Position numbers and translations under genes: made by a program. A DNA stretch of 41,221 nucleotides from a virus: positions 1-41,221 of the IMG/VR virus record IMGVR_UViG_3300042934_000171. The stretch is one strand, 5' to 3'. Each line of letters opens with the position of its first letter. Position 1 is the stretch's first letter. Of this stretch, positions 17,383 through 26,700 are shown one piece after another. Below the pieces are notes generated by a model. That model was not told the DNA's origin, ran no database searches, and worked only from the letters and a program-made list of their open reading frames with translations.

Positions 17383-17403
17383 TCTCTTAAGAAAGGAGAC
17401 AAC

Positions 17404-17979
17404 ATGAATTTATCTATAGATACCAAGTTAGATGCCATAAACCAAATCCTTAGCGCCATTGGGGAATCTCCGGTAAACTCCATAGAAAACCCTGAGAATG
17501 TAGATGTGATTGGTGCTCTAGGTATGCTAGAGAGAACCAATAGGAAATTCCAAGGAAGAGGATGGTCATTCAACACCCAGGCCGCCTATGTGATGAACCC
17601 GGACTATTTCACCAAGAAGATCCTGTGGAACTCCTCGATCCTTCGCCTCAGGGGTCTCCGTAAGATTACCTATGTGAAGCGAGGAGACTACCTATTTGAC
17701 TTCACTAATAGCACAGATATGTTTACCGAACCTGTGACAGTCGAGGCAGTCCTCTTGGCTGACTTTGAGGATCTCCCTGAGCAAGCCCGCAATTACATCA
17801 CAGCAAAGGCAGCTCTTGATTTTCAGATTCGTTTTCATGGTGATGACACTCTCACACAAAGCCTAGAGATTGACCGCAAGGAAGCCTGGGAGGAGTTCAA
17901 TAAGTATCTTTTAGAGATCGAGCAGCCTAACATGCTTGAGCGTTCAGATGTCCTTGAGGCTATGGGTGGGAGGACCTAA
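17404..17979 (+). CDS. Tail tubular protein A, T7 gp11-like
   Basis: INQILSAIGESPVNS and FQGRGWSFN match remembered T7 gp11 (VNDILASIGEPPVST, IQSRGWTFN). Confidence 0.92.
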   Translation: MNLSIDTKLDAINQILSAIGESPVNSIENPENVDVIGALGMLERTNRKFQGRGWSFNTQAAYVMNPDYFTKKILWNSSILRLRGLRKITYVKRGDYLFDFTNSTDMFTEPVTVEAVLLADFEDLPEQARNYITAKAALDFQIRFHGDDTLTQSLEIDRKEAWEEFNKYLLEIEQPNMLERSDVLEAMGGRT

Positions 17980-18068
17980 TGGGTAACGCAGTTATTACTT
18001 GGACTATTTTTATGCTCTGCCTTACCGTCTTCTTGATGTGTCTGATAGGAGGTAGAGTATGGGGCTAA
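17979..18068 (+). CDS. possible 29-aa hydrophobic mini-protein
   Basis: MGNAVITWTIFMLCLTVFLMCLIGGRVWG. The start overlaps the gp11 stop (TAATG) and the stop overlaps the gp12 start. There is no independent SD. Confidence 0.3.
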   Translation: MGNAVITWTIFMLCLTVFLMCLIGGRVWG

Positions 18069-20425
18069 TCTCACAGACCATTAAGAATATGGTAGCCGGG
18101 ATGAGTCAGCAGCCTCCTATCCTCAGGCATCCTGAGCAGCTTGAACTCCAGGAGAATTGTTGGTCCTCAGAAGCAGATGGTCTTCAGAAGAGACCCCCAA
18201 CAGTCCACTTGGCTACCTTAGACCCTTCAATATTAGACCCAGGGATTACCCCGCTTATTCACTTCGCTAACCGAGACTTGACCGAGCAATACATCATGGT
18301 ATTTACCGGGACAGGTGTTCGAGTGTGGGACCTTCAAGGAAATGAGAAGACAGTCAATTATTATGGTTCGGAAGGGTCTGCTTACCTCCATACCTCTCAG
18401 CCTAGAGAGGACCTAAGGGCTGTCACAGTCGCTGATTACACTTTCATCATTAATAACAAAGTGACTGTCGCTCTATCTTCTACAGTTTCCCCTAATGTAT
18501 GGGCCACGCAAGGCGCTCTTATAAATGTCAAAAGTGGACAGTATGGAAGGACCTATAGTATATACCTCAATGGGAACTTAGCGGCCTCTTATAGTTCACC
18601 GGATGGCTCACAACCTGCTCATGTGAAAGAGATAGATACAAATTACATTGCAGGGGCGCTTGCTTATTCACTAGGCCTGCTAGGTTTTCAGGTTTCCCAA
18701 GGCGAGGGATGGTTATATATACATGGCCCTATCTCCTCGGTGGCAACAAAAGACGGTTTCAATAATGCGGCAATGTATAGCTTCCTGACAACTGCTCAGA
18801 AATTCTCAGTATTACCCGCCTCTGCTCCTGATGGCTTCACAGTGGAAGTCGTAGGGGAGCCTGGGAGTCTCGCTGATAACTACTACTTGACTTTTGATGC
18901 TACTAAGGCTATCTGGAAGGAAACCGTGAGGCCTAATATCAAGAATGCCTACAACCCTGCAACGATGCCTCATGTATTAGTTCGGGAGGCTGATGGGTCA
19001 TTCACCTTTAAGGAAGCCACCTGGGACACCCGCAAGGTAGGCGATGAGGACAGCAATCCTGTTCCTTCTTTTGTAGGCCAGAAGATAAATGACATATTCT
19101 TCTTTAGGAACCGCTTAGGATTCCTTGCAGGGGAAAATGTGATCCTTAGTAAGAGTGGGGAGTTCTTCAAGTTCTGGATGTCTACTGCCTTGGAGCTCCT
19201 AGACACTGATATGATTGATGATGCAGCTCCTAATGATGCTGTGTCTACTCTATATCATGCAGTAGCCTTCGATAAGAACATCCTGCTATTCTCTGAAACC
19301 ACTCAATTTGTAGGCAGGGCTGAAGGCTCAGTTACCCCTAAGAGTTTCCGATTGGAGCACACTACGGACTTCGCATGTGCAACCTCAGCTAAACCTGTAG
19401 GGGCCGGGAGGAATATCTACTTTCCCTCCGCTCGTGAAGAGTTCACATCCCTCATGGAATACTACGCAGTTCAAGATGTTACTGATGTGAATAATGCTCA
19501 TGATGTCTCAGGGCATGTGCCTTCACTTGTTCCTAATGGTGTCCATAGTCTTATTGCTAACACTCGTGAAAACATTGTAATGGCTTTATCAGAGGGCGAT
19601 CCTACGAAAGTCTTCCTATATAAATATCTATTTCAACAGGAAGTTCGTGTGCAGTCCTCATGGTCTTATTGGGAGTTTGGAACAGCGGAGATCTTAGGTG
19701 CAGGTTTCATAGGGTCTACCCTCTATCTTCTAATGAAGCGAGAGGATGGTCTCTTTCTTGAAAAGATGTTATTCACTTATAACACCAAGGACCTCTCAGG
19801 AGAACCTTATAGAGCCTTCCTAGATCGTAAGGTTATCTCCGAGGTGATCCCAAGTGCCTCCTATGATTCTCTCAGAGGGACCACTAAGATTAATCTTCAG
19901 ACACTCTATGGAACTACTCTTTGCGATGGTGCCACATATGGTGTTCTTCTTAGTGATGGGTGGTATGGGGTGTATTCAAATATTGAATGTCCTGAAGGTA
20001 TCATTGATATTCCTGGGGATGTCTCAGGACAGAGGGTCATCGTAGGGGAAACATTCAAGGCTAGAATCAAACCTACAACTGTAATGGTTAAATCAGATGA
20101 TGGTCGAGGGGGAACCAAAGCAGACACTGAAGGCCGCCTCCAGGTTAAGAAGTACTGGCTTAACTTTAATAACACCGGATACTTCAAAGCTATCGTCAGA
20201 CATCTCGGCAAGGAGACATATACCTATGAGTGGACCTCAAGAACCCTCGGGGCTTCTACTAATGTTCTTGGCTCGATTCCCCTTGAGACAGGCCGCTTTG
20301 AGTTTCCTATTCAGTCTCTTAATACAGGCTGTGAGATCACCATTGAGTCTGAAGCGCCAACCCCTTTCAGTTTCATTGGGGCAGGTTGGGAAGGTAATTA
20401 CTACAGAAGGAGTAAGCGTGTATGA
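18059..20425 (+). CDS. Tail tubular protein B, T7 gp12-like
   Basis: 788 aa directly after gp11. Size and position match T7 gp12 (about 790 aa). Confidence 0.88.
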   Translation: MGLISQTIKNMVAGMSQQPPILRHPEQLELQENCWSSEADGLQKRPPTVHLATLDPSILDPGITPLIHFANRDLTEQYIMVFTGTGVRVWDLQGNEKTVNYYGSEGSAYLHTSQPREDLRAVTVADYTFIINNKVTVALSSTVSPNVWATQGALINVKSGQYGRTYSIYLNGNLAASYSSPDGSQPAHVKEIDTNYIAGALAYSLGLLGFQVSQGEGWLYIHGPISSVATKDGFNNAAMYSFLTTAQKFSVLPASAPDGFTVEVVGEPGSLADNYYLTFDATKAIWKETVRPNIKNAYNPATMPHVLVREADGSFTFKEATWDTRKVGDEDSNPVPSFVGQKINDIFFFRNRLGFLAGENVILSKSGEFFKFWMSTALELLDTDMIDDAAPNDAVSTLYHAVAFDKNILLFSETTQFVGRAEGSVTPKSFRLEHTTDFACATSAKPVGAGRNIYFPSAREEFTSLMEYYAVQDVTDVNNAHDVSGHVPSLVPNGVHSLIANTRENIVMALSEGDPTKVFLYKYLFQQEVRVQSSWSYWEFGTAEILGAGFIGSTLYLLMKREDGLFLEKMLFTYNTKDLSGEPYRAFLDRKVISEVIPSASYDSLRGTTKINLQTLYGTTLCDGATYGVLLSDGWYGVYSNIECPEGIIDIPGDVSGQRVIVGETFKARIKPTTVMVKSDDGRGGTKADTEGRLQVKKYWLNFNNTGYFKAIVRHLGKETYTYEWTSRTLGASTNVLGSIPLETGRFEFPIQSLNTGCEITIESEAPTPFSFIGAGWEGNYYRRSKRV

Positions 20426-20895
20426 TTATTGTTAGAGATCTGACGATTGGGCAGCTCATGGAATTCCTCAAGATCGCTCGTGAGGAAGACTTAGCAGAAG
20501 TCTTCGCAACATCTGGACAATCCATTTTGAAAGAACCTTTAGGTCTGTTAGAAGGAGCGAAGGCTATAATTCGCCTAGATTGTCCAGAAGGTGAGGAGGT
20601 ACTGCTAGGGATAGGGGCTGTAACATTAGAGTGCAGGCGCTCCTTTGAGAACCCTATCGCTATACCGTGGATGTTGTTAACCACAAATGTCTATAAGCAT
20701 CCTATTGAGTTCTTACGGTTCTCCAAGAGATACCTTGCCGACTTGCTCAGAAAGGCTCCTCAGGTGGCGAATGGTGTGCATGGGGAGAACCAGTTACATA
20801 TCAAGTGGCTAACGTGGCTAGGTTGTAAATGGGTGCCGAACACAAGAGGAAAGGGCAAAGTATTCCTATTTGAAAGGGGAGAGGAAGATGTCTAA
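20422..20895 (+). CDS. gp13-position internal virion / assembly protein
   Basis: The call rests on synteny only: it lies between tail tubular B and the gp14-like gene. Confidence 0.5.
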   Translation: MIIVRDLTIGQLMEFLKIAREEDLAEVFATSGQSILKEPLGLLEGAKAIIRLDCPEGEEVLLGIGAVTLECRRSFENPIAIPWMLLTTNVYKHPIEFLRFSKRYLADLLRKAPQVANGVHGENQLHIKWLTWLGCKWVPNTRGKGKVFLFERGEEDV

Positions 20896-21458
20896 TGTGT
20901 TGGATAGAGGCGGCAGTATCAGGAGTTACATCAATAGTTGGCACTGTAATGGGTGCTCGGTCTCAAGCTAAACAAGCAGAGGCACAAGGTAAAGCTGTAG
21001 TTACCTCCATGAATAGGGACTTTATGAACCTAGAGATTCAGCGGCAGGATTCCTTTGATGCTGCTGTACAGGAGATAACTAAGACTCGCCTTAATGCAAT
21101 GCAGCTAGGAGCAGGTGTAGATGTAGCTGTCAATGAGGATCTTGGAGACAGTAACACAGGTAAATTGATTAAGAGAAGTGTCGAGGCTGATGAAGCCCGC
21201 AATGTTGCCTCTATTCAAGATCAATACCAAGCTAAGTCAAACGAGATTGATCTAAATAAGGAAACTACATTGCTAAATGCGAAGGCTCAATTGAAAGGGA
21301 TTGCTAAACCAAGCAAGACTGCAACTGCGCTAGGAATTGCTTCAGGTGTTGTCAGTGCATACACTTCAGCGATGGAGGCAAAAGCAACAGCGAATTCAAA
21401 CGGCATGGATTGGGACTTTTGGAAGGGTGCAACCACTAGAAAGAAGGTGACACCATAA
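20895..21458 (+). CDS. Internal virion protein, T7 gp14-like
   Basis: The N-terminal MCW plus a hydrophobic helix, the size (187 aa) and the Ala/Gln-rich helical body resemble remembered T7 gp14 (MCWAAAIPIA...). Confidence 0.75.
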   Translation: MCWIEAAVSGVTSIVGTVMGARSQAKQAEAQGKAVVTSMNRDFMNLEIQRQDSFDAAVQEITKTRLNAMQLGAGVDVAVNEDLGDSNTGKLIKRSVEADEARNVASIQDQYQAKSNEIDLNKETTLLNAKAQLKGIAKPSKTATALGIASGVVSAYTSAMEAKATANSNGMDWDFWKGATTRKKVTP

Positions 21459-21459
21459 C

Positions 21460-23736
21460 ATGGCTAATAAAGTAGAAGCAGCCCTAGGAACCCAACAGAG
21501 ATTCACAGCAAACCCTCAAGGTGTCTATGAGAAGCGCCTTGGGGGTTTATCTATCATACCCTCTGCAGCAGGGTCCCAGGAGAGCCAACTAGCGAGAGCC
21601 TTTGGACTCCTCGGGGATTCCCTCACGAAGGAAGCGCAGTCCAAGCAGACAAGGCAACAAAAGGTAGGCATAGCGGAGGCCGATAGGATTGCCCGAGGGA
21701 CCTCAGATAAGGACATGAAGGACCTCACAGCTATTGACATCCTGCAGACCTATGGGGATCATACTCTCAGTGACAATCCTTATGCCGTGGCAACCGTAGA
21801 GAAGATGCGAGGCACTTATTTTGGTGCTCGGGTCAAGGACGAATATAATACCTGGAGGCAATCCCAAGAACCCACTAAGAATGCTGATGAGGAGATCGCT
21901 CGATTCAATAAGTTCCATCAGGAAGCCTATGGGAAGGCCGTAAGCAAAACCTCAGACCCTACAGCCTTTCAGAAGGGTTTCTTCGAGAGTCATATAGCAG
22001 ACCAAGCGGACTTTGCAGGGAAACGCCTGGGAGAGCTTGAGGTTGAGCGTAAGCAGATCGCCACAGGGAGCATTCAAGCCTCCTTAGGAGGAGTCACCAG
22101 TAAGGCCCGCTTGATGGCCCCTGAAGATCTTACCAAGGCAGCTTCTGATGTCTTCGCAGATACACGGCTTACAGGCTTTAGTATCCCCGAGAGAGTCAAG
22201 ATGGCCCGAGAGTTTGCTATTGATCTCGTTCAAGCCACAGGTGGGGACTATGCCAAAATTGAAGCAATGGCAGATAAGGTGGTCATAGGGTCTAAACCTG
22301 ATGGAACCCCTGTTCGCCTGTCAGACAATCTCAACATGCACGATATCTCGCAAATGGCAGAACAGAAGACTTCCCAGGTATTCGGGGAGAAAGTCCAGAA
22401 GAGTCTTGAGGATCTCCAAGGGATGACCAAGGAAGAGGCCAATGCTAAATACGCAGAGTGGCAGCAGAGTGATCCTCACTGGTTCAACGTAATGATTCCC
22501 TTCAGGGATAATGTCTATAACTACCATAAATCCCAAGAAGCAAAGAAGCTGGCTGCTAAGTTTGCAAGTTGGGAACAGGAGCACATCAAAGCGCAATCCT
22601 CAAGCATCCTCAAGAGTCAATATCGTTCATTCCTCGCCGGGGAGACCAAGGATGCCTCCGGGAAAGTCGTAGCGGCTTCCTATGGGGACCTCCCTAAGAT
22701 TACCTACAAGCATCGTGACAAGGATGGGAACCTCGTGGATAAAACTAAGGACTGGACTGTAGAGGAAGTTAACAGTTTTGTCGATGAGCAACTTAAGGCA
22801 ATCATGAGTAACCCTAACACGGATTCCCAAAGGAAAACCGCAGAGTCCATGAAGCTCCTCGATTGGGGGCCTGCAAGTCACTATAAGGATTCCGTGAAAA
22901 TGCAGCTCAATAATGCCATTGACACAATGACAGTGGACAAGCTCCCTACTAATGATAATGGGCAAGCACAGCTCTCAGATCAACTTCAGTCTGCTATGCA
23001 GATGTATCAGACAGACCCTGAGATGTTCTATAAAATGATGGGAGCTGATGTGTCACACAAGCTGGAGACCATTCAGTTATTGTCTCAGGCAAACTCGGGT
23101 GACCTTAAGCAAGCTGTAGGGCTATATGCTCAAGGTAGAGACAGAGCTAAGGACAAGGCATTCACTAAAGAATCAGACCTCAATGTAATGGATAGGCTTG
23201 CCACTGCCTCTCTCTCAGGCTTCTTAGATCTAGCTGGAAACAGTGTGTCTATTAAGACAGGATTAGCAGGGAATAGGTCTGTGATGGAGAGAGTTGAAGG
23301 CCTAGCTAAGTGGCTGGCATATACCGGAATGGACCCTTCAGAAGCTGTAGAGTCTGCAAAGGCCGCTGCTCAGAAGACTCATTATGTCTGGAAGGACACT
23401 GCAATTCCTCGGTCTATCTTCAACGGAATAAACTCCCCGGATCGCGTAAAGGTTGGTCAGCAGGTCCTTGAGTATTACCTTGAGAAGTTCGTTGGAGATA
23501 CCAGGGCAGACCCTAAGAACGTCACCACTACTTTTGATGTTAATAGAGGAGTCTTCAGGATTACCGGAGGTGGCGGCTATGCTCATTACAATCTGAATGA
23601 TATAGCGTATTCCGGGAATTATCTCTTAAGTCAACCTCAAGAAACCCCTGTAGCAGTAACCTTGGAAGAAGCAAGGGAACTCAGAGGAAGCCCTGAGACA
23701 TTAACCAGTGATGACATGAGACTGTGGTCAGATTAA
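21460..23736 (+). CDS. Internal core protein, T7 gp15-like
   Basis: 758 aa (T7 gp15 is about 750 aa). Synteny between the gp14-like and gp16-like genes. Confidence 0.75.
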   Translation: MANKVEAALGTQQRFTANPQGVYEKRLGGLSIIPSAAGSQESQLARAFGLLGDSLTKEAQSKQTRQQKVGIAEADRIARGTSDKDMKDLTAIDILQTYGDHTLSDNPYAVATVEKMRGTYFGARVKDEYNTWRQSQEPTKNADEEIARFNKFHQEAYGKAVSKTSDPTAFQKGFFESHIADQADFAGKRLGELEVERKQIATGSIQASLGGVTSKARLMAPEDLTKAASDVFADTRLTGFSIPERVKMAREFAIDLVQATGGDYAKIEAMADKVVIGSKPDGTPVRLSDNLNMHDISQMAEQKTSQVFGEKVQKSLEDLQGMTKEEANAKYAEWQQSDPHWFNVMIPFRDNVYNYHKSQEAKKLAAKFASWEQEHIKAQSSSILKSQYRSFLAGETKDASGKVVAASYGDLPKITYKHRDKDGNLVDKTKDWTVEEVNSFVDEQLKAIMSNPNTDSQRKTAESMKLLDWGPASHYKDSVKMQLNNAIDTMTVDKLPTNDNGQAQLSDQLQSAMQMYQTDPEMFYKMMGADVSHKLETIQLLSQANSGDLKQAVGLYAQGRDRAKDKAFTKESDLNVMDRLATASLSGFLDLAGNSVSIKTGLAGNRSVMERVEGLAKWLAYTGMDPSEAVESAKAAAQKTHYVWKDTAIPRSIFNGINSPDRVKVGQQVLEYYLEKFVGDTRADPKNVTTTFDVNRGVFRITGGGGYAHYNLNDIAYSGNYLLSQPQETPVAVTLEEARELRGSPETLTSDDMRLWSD

Positions 23737-23752
23737 GGAAAGGAGGCAGCCA

Positions 23753-26700
23753 ATGCCTGATCTTGAATCAATAATTGAAGAAGCTGCTAAAACCTATGGA
23801 GTCCCGCATGAACTAATCCGAGGGGTTATACAGCAGGAATCCAATGGGAAGCACTATGCTGCTGATGGTAATGTGTTAACCTCTTCAGCAGGTGCCTTAG
23901 GCTTGATGCAACTAATGCCTAGAACTGCTGAAGAGTTGGGAGTAAATCCTAATGATGAACGAGAGAACATCTTAGGTGGTACTAAATACTTAAAACAGCA
24001 GCTTGATACTTTTGGTGGGGATGTCCCTAAGGCATTGGCTGCTTATAATGCAGGGCCTGGAGCAGTTCAGGAGCATAATGGTATTCCTCCTTATGAGGAG
24101 ACCCAAGGCTACGTTAAGAACATCATGGAGAATATGGGGCAAGGTTCCTTCGCTCTCTCAGGCGCTGTGGACCGTGAAAGGGATTCCTTTGGTGCTGTAA
24201 AGCCTACCTCCATGACCCAGGAGCCTATCCCTTATACCTTTTGGAATATGGCAGGCAACTCCTTCCTAGATTCCTGGTATGACTCAGGGTTAATCGGAAT
24301 GGGTCGTGTAGCGTGGTCAGGGATGGGGACAGACAATAGTAAACCCTTAGACCTCACTCAGGACGATGTTGATTATGTCTCAAAGAACCTCCCAGGAGAC
24401 CTTGAGGCTCAACGATGGGTCCTGTCTAATGCCACGAATCCTGAGCATCTCACAAGGTTAACCAAGATGAAGCAAGAGGACATCCAAAGGAGAGACCGTC
24501 TGGAAGCCTATCATGGTGGCCTCGCAGGCGTGGCGAAAATAGGAGGCTCCCTCGCAGGTTCCCTCTTGTCAGACCCTACTCTCTTGATCCCCTTAGGCCA
24601 AGAGGCATTCATAGGGAAAGCCTTAAGTCGCCTCGGTGGTGCATCCTCAAGATTAGCTGTAAGTAAGTTTGCTAAATATAGTGAACTAGCAGCAACTAAT
24701 GCTCTATTGAATGTAGGCGAGAGAAAGTTTGCTGAGGTCCAGGGTGGATACAAGCAGGACTTTGAGTCTGCGGCTCTCGTGGGGAGTATCGCAGGATTTG
24801 GCCTAGGTGCCTTAGGAGATGTCTTAGCGAGAAACAAGAGTACCCGAAAAGTCCTTGGTGCTCTCGACAATGCGGAGTCTCATTCTATCGCACAGTCAAT
24901 GGGAGTGAGAACTCCAAGTGAACTCCGGGCAATCAAAGAGGATGTCTTAAAGCTCCATGATGGTCTCTTCTCTGAGGCTCTTAATTCACCTACGCTTAAC
25001 AAGCTCACTGCAGATGGTAAGGTAGTAGTGGTAGCCCGGAAGGACCTTGCGGGTTTCAGCAGAGACCTCGGGATCGATTCTATTGATAACCTCAAGGCCT
25101 TCAATAAGCGTGATGAAGGTCTCACAATAATTGTAAAGGATGCCCTACAGCCTGGGGACAACATAGACAACATCCTCGCTCATGAGATAGGTGTTCATCA
25201 GAACCTCAAGGAAAACCTCGGGGATCGCCTCTATGCTTCTGTCAAGGAAGCTGTGATGAAGAACATTGAGAAACCTAGAGGTGAGTGGTTGGAAGCTGTC
25301 AAGGCTGTCCCTGGGGGCGGCTGGGAGGAAGTCCTAGGCCACTGGGTTGAAAGAGGTAAGGCAACTGATGGAGTCTTCAAGGACCTCGGGAGAGGTATTA
25401 GGAAGACCATGAGAACCCTCGGAGGCAGTGATAAGCTGACTGATGGAGAACTTAAGGACTTCGTTAAGAGATCCCTCCAGAATGAAGTTGAGAGAGGCCA
25501 AGGCTTCCGTACTTTATCTGATGGGTCTGTGTTGGCTCTCGATGACAACATTAAATTGTCGGCCGCGAATGTCTTCAACCCTAACCTTCTATCTCACATT
25601 CTCGACATTGAGCCGGGAACCGGAGGGCTAATCTCTAAGGCTGCTAATTGGGTCAGTCATCAGGCCGAAGCGAGTAGGCTCTATGGGACTCTTCACGGAA
25701 TCCTCAGTACCTCTGTGTCTAAGGAAGGGAAGAAGATAGCGGCCGACCTCTTGACTGACCCAAGGCTTCGCTCTTCAAAGACATCCAATATTCTGCCTAT
25801 AGAGCGCCAAAAGGAGCACATCCAAAGACAACTCCTGAAGAGATATGAGGATTACCTTGATACCCGCATGGAGTACCTTCAGGATACCTTGACAACCCAG
25901 GGGCCTGTGTCTCCGGGTCGCTTCCAGGACTTCAATAAGCAGGTCCGGGAGTGTTACAACGCCACTTTCACAGATAACACCTCAGGGCTAATCGCTAAGG
26001 AATGGGAGCCTGCGGTTCTCAAAGCGGCTAATCAAATGAAGATCCTGAAGGATGACATGGTGGATACCGCTAAGAAGTCCGCAGAGATGTTTGGGGCCAA
26101 GACTAAAAACCTCCTGCCTAAGGATTGGAAGGCTCTTGATGATGAACTATGGAGAGCGGTTGATGAGGACAAGTGGCTCATTATCGCTAATAAATTCCCT
26201 ACGATTGATAAATTCATTGACTACCTTGAGCAGTATGCCCAAAGCGCCATCAAGCGGGATAAGATCGAAGAGAAGCTCCTCGCTGAGAAGATGGCTGTCT
26301 ATGAGGCTGACCTTAAGAAGTGGCAGAAGGACTTTGATAGGACTCCTAAGATTGTCGCAGATAAGCCTATCAAACCTGAGAAACCTACAGTAACCCCTGA
26401 GGAAGTCGAAGCTAAAGTCAGAGAGTCTGCTCGGGATTGGGCTGTGGGTGTCGGAGATCAAAACTTATCGAACTTAGACATCTTCAAGGAGGGTGCTCCT
26501 CATGAACTCTCTGAGACCCTTCACTTTCTCCAGGAGAGAGTTCCTATGGACACCTCAAAGATCCTTGAGACTCCTTGGGGAGAAGCCTTCAGCTATGACA
26601 TTCACCTTCGCAGTGATGACCTAGATAGGCTTGTCCCTATGACAATCAATAGGTTTGCTGGAGAGGCATCCTTGAGGAACTTCGCTAAGGATACCACAGA

